Part shown: positions 46,793 to 60,750 of the stretch, one piece after another
Layout: each line of letters starts with the position of its first letter
How positions within the stretch are numbered: position 1 is the stretch's first letter
From: Macrostomum lignano
Taxonomy: Eukaryota
DNA: 64,000 nt
NCBI GenBank assembly: GCA_002269645.1
Contig: NIVC01002621.1
Span: 62,001 to 126,000 of the forward strand
Reading direction: 5' to 3'
The notes under the pieces: model-generated
What the model was told of the DNA's origin: nothing
What the model saw: only the letters and a program-made list of their open reading frames with translations
The model's database searches: none
Translations under genes and position numbers: made by a program

Positions 46793-47678
46793 GGACCAAG
46801 CGAGGGCAGCGGAGTGCGCGTCGGCGAGTCGAACGCCGTCGCGAGCGAAACTGGCGAGGTCGACAACGTGGCGCCGCCCGCCGAGCTGCTGCTGCGCTGG
46901 CCCAATTGGATCTTCCGGGTGGCGCCGGGGACCATGAGGCTCACCAGCACCGAGCCCCAGCCGTACCAGAGGGCACGCTTCGGGTCGGGACGCTGAACTG
47001 CCGCACTCTCAAGGCCACATGGCGGAGAGGGCTGCTGGCGAGGCTAGCGCTCGACCTCAGCTGTGATGTCATCGCACTACAGGAGGTGTCTATCAGAGCC
47101 GACCCCGGACTTCACTGTGAGGACCTGGGCGCCGGTTGGACACTCTGGTACACCTCAGCGGATGAGCGAGGCCGTGGAGGAGTTGGAGCGCTGATCGGAC
47201 AGAGGCTGCAGCAGAGCTGTCGCTGCGTCTCCCTGTCTTCTCGGCTGCTTCGGGTCGACGTCCGGCTTCGCGGCCGGAACGCCCGCCTGTTCTGCGCGTA
47301 CGCGCCGCCTGCTACCCGCTCCGATGAGGCTCAGGCCTTCTTCGAGCAACTCTCGGTGCGGGTGGAGGAGATGGCGCAACGTGACACAGTGGTCATTCTC
47401 GGAGACCTGAACGCAGTTCTGCGTAGGTCCGAGCGATCGCTGTTCGTGACAGCGCGCGAGAACGGCAACACCGGAGCGCTAGAGGACTTCCTGGAGAGAC
47501 AGGACATGGTGTCGGCCAACACCAGATTCCGCAAGTCACCGGGCAGGCTCGCGACCTTCGTGGGCTGCAAGCGGAGGCGGCGGAACGCGCGCGGCCGGAA
47601 CGCTACGCGGAGGCTGGCACAGCTCGATCACGTGCTTGTGCGCTTTCGTGAGCGCCGCCGCGTCACCAACTGCCGCAC

Positions 47679-47975
47679 CATACATGCGCAACAGTCGGCC
47701 GAGTCGGCCGATCCGGCCGACCGATTTGGCGGCCAACCAAGGAAGTCGCAAAAATGCCAACCCGAAAAAACACCAAGTAGTAGTACTAAGTAGCTGACGA
47801 GGCATTTTGGCTTTATAAGACAGTCATAGTTACTCCTGCCGTTTACCCAAAGTTGCGTTTATTTTGCTTTCGGGTTTTTTTACATGTAAGTCGCATTTTT
47901 GGCCAAAAACTACGTCGCATTTTTGTTAAAACTAAGTCGCATGGCCGACCGAAATTTGGAGGTTGCGCATGTATG
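47679..47975. mobile_element. hAT-type MITE, 297 bp, copy 2
   Basis: Same TIRs and sequence as 21348-21644; perfect 8-bp TSD TGCCGCAC; removing it restores NCRTITPLALRSDH. Confidence 0.95.
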
Positions 47976-50900
47976 TGCCGCACCATTACGCCGCTGGCTC
48001 TGCGGTCCGACCATCGGCTGCTCATCTGCGACCTTCGGCTTCGGGACCCGCTCTATCGTCCGCCAAAGCGGCCACCGCGGCGCTACTACCGCGCGCTCAG
48101 GGACGCCGAGACGCGACGTCGCTTTGCCGGTGCCTTTGTCACTGCGCTGGGCGACAAGCGTGGAGGAGCTGAGTACGCGGAGGTGAGCGCTGCAGTTCGA
48201 GCCGCTGCGGAGCAAGCAGTCCCGCTGATGCGACCGGCCCAGCGCGGGCAGCCGGTCTGGCAGGACGACCCCGCGATCGACGAAGCGAGGGAACATCTGG
48301 AGAGGCTCCGTCTGAGTGGGCGGCAAACTCGCGAGGCGGAGGAGGCTCTGGCTCCCGAAGGGTCTGGTTCCCGACGTCCGCGAGGATCTGCGGCGTCGCC
48401 GAGGACTTGCCTGGGCTGCTTTTCGTTCTATAAGGTCAGTCCTGCAGTCCGAGGCCCTACCGGACCGCCAGAGGGCGGCGCTGTTCCAGGCGGTGATCGA
48501 GACCGTCCTGTTATACAACGCCGAGACCTGGACGCTGACAGACTCGCTCGAGGCTCAAGTCGACGCGGCGCACGCTGGCCTGCTGCGCGCCGCCTTCAAG
48601 ATCGGCAACGAGCGAGTCACCAACACGGCGCTCTATCATCGCGCCGGCCTGGCCCGTCCTAGCGATCTGCTGCGCCGTCGGCGACTCCAGCTGGCAGGCC
48701 ACGTCATCCGCGCCGAGGCCTACTGTCCAGAGCCGGTGCAGGAGGTGCTGCTACTTACGTTGCAGGCACCCTACCGGCGGGGACAGGCGAGGACACGGCG
48801 CTACGTCGACTGTCTGCTGGCTGACGCCGGCGCCCCAGACTCTGCCGGCGGTGCGGCCTTTGTTCGCGCCCAAGCCTTGAAGCGTGCCATCTGATGCTGC
48901 TTTTCCGATCCGGCAGCGTACTCTGTTGTTTTCTGTTGTTGTTGTTGTTAGTATGAAAAAAGTGATTTTAGGCTTTTGGTATATATGTTTAGGCCCTTAT
49001 ATTTTGGTATGTGATATGTACCATAAATTTAAAAAGAAACATTATCAATAATAGCTATAATAGTTGTTAATGCATATATATATTTTATGTAATCATAAAA
49101 TGTAAAACTATTTAATGTAAAACTAACATCCATGTTTTTACAAGGAAAATGTTTGAAGTTTTAAAAAAAATGCACAAAGTTTACTTTTGTTTCTTACAAT
49201 ATGGAATGTTATACAAATATACCACACTCAGGATAATGTCCTTTTGCCTAGAAAACTCCAGCAAATAGAAGCTTTTTCAATTCAATATATTGATATATAT
49301 GCAATATGATACAGTTGCGACGCAGTAGCGCAACATAAAGCAGCCTATATAATGGTTAAAATTCAGTTTCCATGCATTTTGGTACTTGTGCTTTTCAGTG
49401 CCTGGCATTTAGGTGCCCCAAATTGCTTTTAGTGCCCCAGTTTATTATGCCAAAATGATGATAATAAAAAAGAAATCATACAAATATAATAAATACTTTA
49501 CAAAATGTTTGATATTCCTAATAAAAATAGTATTCATTTTGTTAAACTGGCCCATTTCTTAAATTTGGAAAAATCTGGTCAATTTAATTGCATGCATTTG
49601 TTATATCTTATATATACAATACAAGCTAGTTGCACTCAGCAAATGTGCTAATGCTATAAAGACTTAGTTAGATAAAGTTGAAATACATCAATAGTGCTAC
49701 ATGTAGTTTTGATCAAAATTATGAAATATGACAAGTCTACATGTATTTTGATTAGTAGGGCCTATTGATTTTTTGAATCACACAATCATGTTTTATTTCA
49801 TAAAACTGCCTCGGAAATGAAGCAAATATTATTTAATGAGCTGAAATCTTTTGGGATATAACTATTGGACTATAATCTAAAAGATTTTATTACAAGCATA
49901 TTTGGGGCATTAGTTAAAAATTTTGCTGCAGCTGAGACATAGCTAGCAACATAGAAGTAAATCAAATTGAGTAATCAAAAACCATTTTTTGAATTAAAAC
50001 ACTAGGTCAGCTTAACAAAATGAATAATACCTTAGTTTTTTAAAGTAAAAAAGTACTACAAAGACAAAGCACTTAACTGCTAAATTAGGGCTCAATTTCT
50101 GTATAATTTGGGTATCAAAAAACAAGCTAGGATACCGAAATACCGGGCACCAAAAAGCACAGACCCTAAAAAGTGTGGATACGTAAAATTTTGTATGTGT
50201 ATTAAATATAAAAAGATAATAAATGTATATTTCAATTAAAATCTATTGGACTAAATTTTAAGGACAAAATTTAAATATTTTTAAACTTTCTTACTACATG
50301 AATGCAACATTTTAAAAAATTGTTTTACTGTCTACATTATTTTAATTTTTTTATACTTTAGTAATGTCATAAAAAATTTAGTGATATATAAAAAGTACAT
50401 TCAATGCTTATAAGAATTGACTACATTTTGACACAAGATAAATCTTTATTGCCTAGTGCATGGTGCATGTATTTTTTTGTCAAAAAATTCTTAGTGCATA
50501 CACAGTTTACATGACCCTGGCTATGGCAAATATAACTATTATTCACAGTTTTTAAATCTAATTGAAATTAAATATTAGAAATCATCTATCTAATGGTAAC
50601 ATTTCAAAATTGATGATTTAGAGCTTTGTATAAGCTTTGTAACTGTAAGGTAATGTAGGCCTATCTTTAATATGAGTCATGACTACATTGGTATACACAA
50701 AAATGTAGGTAGTTTTTTCTTGAGTACATACAATGATACAAAGTGTTCTTAATTATAGATTATTTACTATATTATATTACTTAGCATACTTACTATTATG
50801 CTAATAATCAAGTATGAACAATTTGTATAAGCCTATTATCAACTTATACTTTCTACTAGATTATGAGAATGCTATTATAGAGGTTAAGATTATGAATCAT

Positions 50901-52399
50901 TATTACTACATTCTACATAGGTAGGCATAGGCAAACTAGGTCTGCCTATGCCAAACCAAAACAAATGTGAAGGCAACGCCAGAATGGTGGTCCTGATTCT
51001 ATACAACCTAAATTTTGAATTCAATAACGGTAGCGGTACGCTACGTGGTCAAAACAGAGACGGCATTTCACAACACGCGAAGAAAACTAAGAGGCCTAAT
51101 CGAAGCACAGGCTAGGCCCCCGCGGGCCGCGCGCGGCGGCGCTGCGCAAGCCAAAAATTTTTAATTTGGTCCGAAATGCTACAGTACAATAAAAAAACGT
51201 TTAGATTTTAAATAAATACAGTGCTCCGAAATTATTTAAAACTTTTTTTTCTAGTGACTCACACAAATTTTATTCCTAAGAAGAGGGCTGTCTACTATAT
51301 CTTGAACAACAGATGTGTTATACTCTTCAAAAATGCCGTAACTCATATCTATAGCTGCATCAAGTTGAAAAGCAGTAAAAAGCAGAAACAGACCTTTCGA
51401 CCTTACTTTACTTTACTTGTTGGTTGACTTCCTTTCTATTTTGCTCGCCGTTGGTCTTTTGATTAGACCCATACTTTTATTTGGCTCTAACCATTAAATT
51501 TTATTTTACAACTCGAAACACTTAGTAGACTATTATTGTCTTGCGATCTCCGTCTCTCTTCACTCTTCTCTAACGTTCTAAAATTGACGTGTTTGTCTGT
51601 TGGAAATCGATCTCCTCCCAAAATACTGGCAAATCAGCGTTGAAACTTATATGGAAAAACCGAATATAGCCTATTTAATTTTTTCTCACCTTTTTAAGAT
51701 CCTCATTTTTAGATCCTCAAGATCCTCAGTATTTTAAGATCCTTAAAAGGCAGAAAAGTAGGATTTTCGGCCTACCGCTGCACGTACTGTTTCTCTTTCC
51801 AGCGGAGGGAATGTGAGTGTAAGGGCAAGGCCGACGAGATTTCAGTCAACTCGGGTAGTCGGCCATGCATAGACTTAAATTACACCGAGTGCCGCATACA
51901 CTGAGTGAACAAACTACGAGCGCTAAAATAAGCATTGGTGAGTTTTAAGAATAAGGTGGGGAGATTGAGCTGAGATATCAGACAGCTGAGCGAGAGAAAA
52001 CGGAATTTTCTATTGTAGACTAGCTGTGCCTGTTCTTACAGGGATTGATGTTTGAAAATTATCGCCTGAAAGGTCTTATATAAAGTCTCTTTGCTGGATC
52101 TACAAAATTGGAGACACTGCTCCAATTAAAGTTTTGGCCCTGTTACGCTCGTACACTTTTTTATCAGATGTACATTTTGATAGAGTCATCATCGTAGCGG
52201 TTAGGGTTGACGATGAGTTTTCGCACACAGCTGTAACTGCCTTATTTGTATTGGAAAAAGAGGGTAAAATCAATCAGCTGCTAAGGAGGGATTTGAACTT
52301 ACGCTCGTATTTAATGACAAAATAGCATATTTTCATACTTGGTACGCTTGTAATGATTCGAATAAAGATTACGATTGTACGCCATACAATACGCCGTTA

Positions 52400-52727
52400 C
52401 AGGGGTGTCGCCATTAATTTTATGGTGGGGGGACACAGCCAAGAATTCTACATGTACATGTACCGTACATGACTAAATTCCTACATGTACATTGTTTTCA
52501 GAAATCGGTGTTGTCAGCACTCATTTTAGCGCCACAGGCACTCACTTTAGCGCCACAGGCACTCATTTTGGCGCCGCAGGCACTATGTTTTGTCGCCCTT
52601 CAGAAAAATTATTGATTTCCATAACGGCCGTCACAAGGTGGGGTGGGGAGACAAAGCATTGGCATGCCCCCATATATTTTACTCGGGGGGACATGTCCCC
52701 CTGTCCCCCTCGGTGGCGACGCCCCTG
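52400..52727. mobile_element. Second, older hAT-like MITE
   Basis: TIR CAGGGGTGTCGCCA / TGGCGACGCCCCTG (1 mismatch); internal 21-bp repeat x3; TSD degenerate. Confidence 0.6.
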
Positions 52728-55700
52728 CCGCCATTGTTTGGGTTTCACGGATGGGATTTAATTGATATGGAGTTCTAACTTCTAAAACTTCTAACTAACC
52801 CGTTCTCCTCTAACGAAGGAGTTGGCCTGACCCTAAGATATATGGAGAGCCAGCTCTTTCAACCACTAAACAGCTTGAGTGCTGTGTTTTCTCAACAAGG
52901 AAAATGCATGGATTTTTCGCATTTTAGCACTGATCGTGTCTCCCCATTTAAAAGTCAAGACTTATGGACCCATCATTACGACATAATGTGTCCTTGACAG
53001 ACGTACGTAAGGACACATTAATCCATTGTAATTGAGCATATCAAGTAGCGAGTAATAAATCCCGAGTTTTGCCAATAGTGGGTTTGAAAAGCTTCTAATC
53101 TTTGTTGGTGCAATTTTTGCTTACAAAGTTACAATTTGTATCTAATCTGATTTTAAAAGGCTTACAATAATAAAAGTAGAACAGAGTAAAATATTTTGCA
53201 AACAAGAAGCTGACAGTGAGCTCTGAATTGGAGTGTGATGTACGGGCTGGCGTAATATAAATGTGCTTTTTTACATGCTCAGGAACATCACACTTGAATG
53301 TGCGATGTCACCTGGGGAATGATAGCTTACAGAGCTACTGGCCCGAGGTACTGATACCAGTGGTAGGGGATCAGAGACCTCATCTTCACATGGGCACCCG
53401 CCCTACAGATGGAGAATAGGATAGCTTGGGTTGTGATCTGATAGCGAGGTCCCACTGTTCTAATCCCAACTATGACCAAGGAGTTTTGAAGGTAAGAACT
53501 GCTTAAAGTAGTTCTATACATTATTACACCTTGAATCTCGTTACGATCTGCTAACACCCGTTTTGCATCCCTGCAGGCCTAGCCTTCTACTCACAAGCCT
53601 GCATGTTTAAAAGATCAATAAATCAAAGCAGGACAACTGGATTATGATTTTCAATTGTGATCCTGGGATTTAGGCCTAATTGAAATCCTGGTATTATAAT
53701 TCCCTAATATCAAGGTATACACAAAGTCTACCTTGGATACACAAAGATAAACGATCAATCCTCCAATGAAAAAACGAAGGACATATGTAATTTAGCTAAA
53801 AGGCAATGAAAAGTTAAAGTCTGGATTATTTTCAAGCATTCAACTGCAAGTATCCTGCATCCTGCAATACGAGCGTATTTATTGTGTATGACTCAGAAAC
53901 ACTTAAAGATCACATCATCTGAATGTGTGACTTTCGCGAGTGAAGTACGAGCGTATTTGAAATGTAGGTCCGTTTTGTGCAACTGTGACGCGGGCTCAAA
54001 AAACGCCTGAGGTGGTTCATTCTGAAGACAACGAGGAACAACATGCGTTAATAAAAACTGCAGGTATACCTTTCCAGTTAAACAAAGTTGAGATGCAAAT
54101 TAAAACATCACATGCACAAAGCAATCAAAGAAGCTACAAATGCAGTGGCACAACAACAACAACAGCAACAGCAACAACATGAAGAGACTCTCCAAGGCTG
54201 TGCGCTTGTACTCCGTTCTATGATAAATTTAATCCCATTTACCAGGCGAAACAAAAAACTCTTTTGGCTAACAGGCTGTTTGCCGGACAAAAATTCTCAA
54301 ACGAAAATTATTAATAAGAAGAAAAAACTGAAAAAGCAGAAAACCGTGCCTAAATGAATGCTATATTGGCTGGCCTCGTACTTTCGTCAAATTAGTGGAA
54401 ATACATGACCATCATGACATATCATGACCATCCAAGAGATCTGTTTGAGCAGAGCGATGGAAAGTTTGAAAACTACAATAAATTAATTGTTTAGCAAATC
54501 GAAACTGGTTTCAGCTGGTAACGAACACGAAATTCACATTTTTATAGAACTGACAGGCGAAACAAACTGTTAAAAGCACTACAATTATTCGATAATGGCT
54601 ATTCATCAAAGGGATTGGATGATTTTAATTCGATGTTGCTTTTGCCTCGCCTACAGTCAGAAGCCGGTCCGGTTATTCACGCTTCCACACTTCCATAGAA
54701 ATGCTCAGACGGCGCTCGCGAGTTGCCCAGCTGCCTGCCAGCTTCATCGCTGAGAGCGCGGCAGTTCAGCGCACGCTGGGATAGCTCAACACGAGCCGAA
54801 CCCTTCGATTAAATCGTCGGGAGCTCCGATCTGAGATTTCTCCCAATGGAAGTTTTTCATCCCTTTATGCGAGACTGATATTCTAGACAACTGGAGGGAG
54901 ATAGTGAGCACTAATATAAAATAAATTCGATTTTGACACAATAATAATGACAAGCGCAATTCGAGCCAAGCTATTTAACTTCTTGCGCGTGTCTGTTATC
55001 TATCTAGAATACTGGACTTCTAAGCAAAATACGCTGTGATATGCTTAATATTGGTTGCACAACCTACGGGCCAAACAAAAGTACATCACTGCTTTCTTGA
55101 CTGGAAATTTGTACGAATATAACAAATTATATACACTTCCGAAATTATGAATATATATCGATCGAAAGAAGGAATAGTTTTGTTCAAAATCAGGAGAATC
55201 TCTGCGCAATATACACTAATTATGAGCAAATAGTTTAAGACTGCCCTTTCGATGAGATCGAGGTTAAAAATTCGATCAAAAGATGTACATTGATCAATGT
55301 ACAATCTCTTTCTATGCTGGGTATAAGGGACAGACTTGGCTGGCTGTGGGGCGTTCACGGGGGGATAGAAAACGAATAATGTACATACACGCTCTAGTCT
55401 AAACCGATCGATAAATAATGTACATTGAGGAGGACGCTTCCAACCCGCTCAGGAGCTAAGCATGTGCACATGGGAATGCAGATAAAGATAGGGAACGGGT
55501 AAATATGGCCTATCTAAATCCTTTGCAATTATAAAAACAAGCACAGTAGCTAGCGCCTATCTGTCAATAGAAGAGATTCTAACAGTGAGAATTATTATTT
55601 CTAAAGCAGATATTTTCATGCAAAAACATTATCGTGCAAAGCTGAGTGAGCCAACTGCGCCGCGCATTGGAAAGCGCGAGTTAAATGCGCTTGTTACAGT

Positions 55701-56449
55701 ACCAATAGGGCATTTTATACACTCACAGCGTACCTATAAATTGCTGCTTGCTTAATTCTTACAGATTCAAAATCATAACTACACAATATTTAACATTTAC
55801 GGGACAGATCGGATAGATATGACGGCGGAATTTAAGGATTCGATAACCGCAGGTAATAAGATTTGAACTACGGTAAGTTTGGCAGTTTAAAGCGCAGTTT
55901 AAAGCCCGTCACTTATCCTGTCTAGCTGTTGTCAAGCGAGCCGGGGATCGGGGCGGTTAGCGGCCGGGTTGTTAGGACCGTCTCCGCCGGCCGCAGCATA
56001 GCTGGAAGAGTCGCACGGAGCGGCCGAAGGCTCTGGAGCCGGAAGTCGCCTGCTTGTGCTGCGGTGTGGCGTTGACGCTGGTTACGGCTGTGGGAGGGGG
56101 CGATTGACAAGCATAATTATAGATTGCTTGCTGAGTTTTTCCAAGAATGAAATTTTATTTGGTCAAGAAGCATAGGGCAGAGCAGCTGAGCGGTAAACGT
56201 GTCTGAATCTCGCGCTAAACGACCCCTGGTTCCAAATTTATTTAGGGCTTGTGTGCACGACAAATTTCCCGGGTGTTGTGCGGAACGGGTGTAGAGTATT
56301 TAGTTAGAAGGCCTAAGTAAATTGTTCTTTTCACATGCGAAAACATTTCTATAAGTAGCCTCATACAAACATCAATTGTTAATTCTATGAATCAGCCGAT
56401 CAGAAAGTACTTCATAGGTTACCAAACCATAGACTACCACACCATATAT

Positions 56450-57310
56450 TACTGCAACATAGACTACCACAGCATAAACTACCACACCATAGACTACACA
56501 CCATTTACAACCACACTATGGATTACCACAAAATACACTGCCACACCATAAACTACCTACCACACCACAGACTACCGCACCATAGACTACTACACCATAG
56601 ACTTACTACACCATAGATTACTGCACCATAGACTACCACACCACAGACTACCACACCACAGACTACCACACCATAGACTACCACACCACAGACTACCACA
56701 CCACAGACTACCACACCAGAGACTACCACACCACAGACTACTACACCATAGACTACCACACCATAGGCTACCACACCATAGACTACCACACCATCGGCTA
56801 CCACACTACCACACCATAGACTATCATACCATCGGCTACCACACCATCGGCTACCACACCATAGACTACCACACCATCGGCTACCATACCATATACTACC
56901 ACACCATAGACTACCACACCATCGGCTACCACACTACCACACCATAGACTATCATACCATCGGCTACCACACCATCGGCTACCACACCATAGACTACCAC
57001 ACCATCGGCTACCATACCATATACTACCACACCATAGACTACCACACCATCGGCTACCACACTACCACACCATAGACTATCATACCATCGGCTACCACAC
57101 CATCGGCTACCACACCATAGACTACCACACCATCGGCTACCATACCATATACTACCACACCATAGACTACCATACCATATACTACCACACCATAGACTAC
57201 CACACCATCGGCAACCATACCATAGACTACCACACCATAGACTGCTACACCATCGGCTACCATACCATAGACTACCACATCATAGACTACTACACCACAG
57301 ACTACCGCAC
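56450..57310 (+). repeat. 15-bp minisatellite CCACACCATAGACTA with higher-order variants
   Basis: Direct reading. Confidence 0.93.
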
Positions 57311-58042
57311 CATAGAGTAGCTTTAGGATGTGGTGCGCAATAGCAGGGAGGCTGGCTGTAATAAATTTTAGTTATTTACCAACCCGAACAGAAGACAGAC
57401 ATCACTCAAAGATCCTGCTTAAAACACTGTCCCCTGCACTGGACAATCTTTTAGAGAATGTAGGGCAGCTAAATCATCATCAGCTAAAAGACATAAAGGT
57501 TTCTTCTGCTTTATAAAAATAGAATTCAATTGTGCGCAGTTTGGCCTAGAACTGCTTCAGGCCTAACGAGCAGAAGAGAAGAACAGTTAGATCAATAATG
57601 CTAAATTGAAACAGGTAATGCAAGAATAGCAGGCAAATGCAGCCGTTTTTCTTGGGATTCCAACCATGTAGCGACACCGCAAGCATCGGTCCTTAAAAGC
57701 AGCATCTTTTCTGCGTCACCTATTAGTGCGCCGAGGCACACTGGGATTCTTCCGCGTTCGCAGGAGAAACTTCTTGAAGGTTAGAAGCATTTTGCGTGGA
57801 ATTGGCAGCAGCAACTGGGCTGTGGGGGGGGAGGCATGCGAGCGACTCTCGGTGGGAAATAACAGTCTGCGCACTTAACAGATTCGGCAGAGATTGGTAG
57901 TCCATGAACTGGAGATCCCAGGCTAAGATAGCCAAAGTCTTGAAAAAGTAAATAGAAAAACAGATTGACCAGGAATGCACGGCTCATCTCTTGTGTCCGT
58001 GAATGAATGATTCTTTTCTAAATGTGTGACAGCTTCCTTTCG

Positions 58043-59437
58043 TGTACGCTCTGGACAGTGCAATATTCTTGTACATTCTAGACAGTGCCATATTCTTGTA
58101 CATTCTGGACAGTGCCATATTCTTGTACATTCTAGACAGTGCCATATTCTTGTACATTCTAGACAGTGCCATATTCTTGTACATTCTAGACAGTGCCATA
58201 TTCTTGTACATTCTAGACAGTGCCATATTCTTGTACATTCTAGACAGTGCCATATTCTTGTACATTCTAGACAGTGCCATATTCTTGTACATTCTAGACA
58301 GTGCCATATTCTTGTACATTCTAGACAGTGCCATATTCTTGTACATTCTAGACAGTGCCATATTCTTGTACATTCTAGACAGTGCCATATTCTTGTACAT
58401 TCTAGACAGTGCCATATTCTTGTACATTCTAGACAGTGCCATATTCTTGTACATTCTAGACAGTGCCATATTCTTGTACATTCTGACAGTGCCATATTCT
58501 GTACACTCTAGACAGTGCCATATTCTTGTACATTCTAGACAGTGCCATATTCTTGTACATTCTGACAGTGCCATATTCTTGTACATTCTAGACAGTGCCA
58601 TATTCTTGTACATTCTAGACAGTGCCATATTCTTGTACATTCTAGACAGTGCCATATTCTTGTACATTCTGGACAGTGCCATATTCCTGTACATTCTAGA
58701 CAGTGCCATATTCTTGTACATTCTAGACAGTGCCATATTCTTGTACATTCTAGACAGTGCCATATTCTTGTACATTCTAGACAGTGCCATATTCTTGTAC
58801 ATTCTAGACAGTGCCATATTCTTGTACATTCTAGACAGTGCCATATTCTTGTACATTCTAGACAGTGCCATATTCTTGTACATTCTAGACAGTGCCATAT
58901 TCTTGTACATTCTAGACAGTGCCATATTCTTGTACATTCTAGACAGTGCCATATTCTTGTACATTCTAGACAGTGCCATATTCTTGTACATTCTAGACAG
59001 TGCCATATTCTTGTACATTCTAGACAGTGCCATATTCTTGTACATTCTAGACAGTGCCATATTCTTGTACATTCTAGACAGTGCCATATTCTTGTACACT
59101 CTAGACAGTGCCATATTCTTGTACACTCTAGACAGTGCCATATTCTTGTACACTCTAGACAGTGCCATATTCTTGTACACTCTAGACAGTGCCATATTCT
59201 TGTACATTCTAGACAGTGCCATATTCTTGTACATTCTAGACAGTGCCATATTCTGTACATTCTAGACAGTGCCATATTCTTGTACATTCTAGACAGTGCC
59301 ATATTCTTGTACATTCTAGACAGTGCCATATTCTTGTACATTCTAGACAGTGCCATATTCTTGTACATTCTAGACAGTGCCATATTCTTGTACATTCTAG
59401 ACAGTGCCATATTCTTGTACATTCTAGACAGTGCCAT
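58043..59437 (+). repeat. Highly homogeneous 27-bp minisatellite, about 51 units
   Basis: TATTCTTGTACATTCTAGACAGTGCCA. Confidence 0.98.
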
Positions 59438-59789
59438 TTTGGGCAGGCACTACCTAAGCAGAAACTGAGCTCATGCTCAACAAGAGCAGAGTTACACACT
59501 CGAGTGCCAACCAGAATTCAACAACCCGATTTTCGTTGGAAATCTGAGTCGAAGCTTTCAGTGCGTGAGACTTCGAGTCTAAAATCGAAGCCGCTCCGAC
59601 GCTTTGTGTCCAAAATCCAGGTGGCTGGGGTTCTTTTTGAAAAGCAAACTGCATCCGAAATAAATGAGTGCAGGCAGCGTTTGGCAGTAGAAATTGGAAC
59701 CGCGACCGAATAAGTTACACTATAGCCGTACCACTCATACACTACCTCAATAGAATGACATGTCAACCCCATAGACACCCTACCCCACA

Positions 59790-60750
59790 CTACCACACCA
59801 TCGACTACCACATCATAAGCTAAGCTACCACACCATAGACTACCGCATCATAAGCTGAGCTACCACACCATAGACTACCACATCATAAGCTAAGCTACCA
59901 CACCATAGACTACCGCATCATAAGCTGAGCTACCACACCATAGACTACCACATCATAAGCTGAGCTACCACACCATAGACTACCACATCATAAGCTAAGC
60001 TACCACACCATAGACTAGCGGCGCATCATAAGCTGAAGCTACCTCACCATAGACTACCGCATAATGAACTGAAGCTACCTCACCATAGACTACCGCATAA
60101 TGAACTGAAGCTACCACACCATAGACTACCGCATAATGGACTGAAGCTACCACACCATAGACTACCGCATAATGGACTGAAGCTACCACACCATAGACTA
60201 CCGCATAATGAACTGAAGCTACCACACCATAGACTACCGCATAATGGACTGAAGCTACCACACCATAGACTACCGCATAATGGACTGAAGCTACCACACC
60301 ATAGACTACCGCATAATGGACTGAAGCTACCACACCATAGACTACCGCATAATGGACTGAAGCTACCACACCATAGACTACCGCATAATGGACTGAAGCT
60401 ACCACACCATAGACTACCGCATAATGAACTGAAGCTACCTCACCATAGACTACCGCATAATGAACTGAAGCTACCACACCATAGACTACCGCATAATGGA
60501 CTGAAGCTACCACACCATAGACTACCGCATAATGGACTGAAGCTACCACACCATAGACTACCGCATAATGAACTGAAGCTACCACACCATAGACTACCGC
60601 ATAATGGACTGAAGCTACCACACCATAGACTACCGCATAATGGACTGAAGCTACCACACCATAGACTACCGCATAATGGACTGAAGCTACCACACCATAG
60701 ACTACCGCATAATGGACTGAAGCTACCACACCATAGACTACTGCATCATA
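59790..60750 (+). repeat. 35-bp then 36-bp minisatellites built on the 15-bp core
   Basis: TACCACACCATAGACTACCGCATCATAAGCTGAGC, then GAAGCTACCACACCATAGACTACCGCATAATGGACT. Confidence 0.95.

Larger units (their letters stand above)
46694..48953 (+). mobile_element. RTE-like non-LTR retrotransposon, internally deleted (APE endonuclease and C-terminal region, no RT core), MITE-interrupted
   Basis: TLNCRTL...IALQE...GDLNA...QLDHVL...SDH endonuclease motifs; post-RT ...RRRRGLAWAAF...ETVLLYNAETWTL; no YADD-type RT; (GTT)n tail; candidate TSD TTAGTA (46688-46693 / 48948-48953). Confidence 0.85.

Noticed and set aside
49000-55800. Possible genes or transposons in the AT-rich stretch
   Set aside because: No convincing ORF, TIR pair or splice chain apart from the MITE at 52400-52727.
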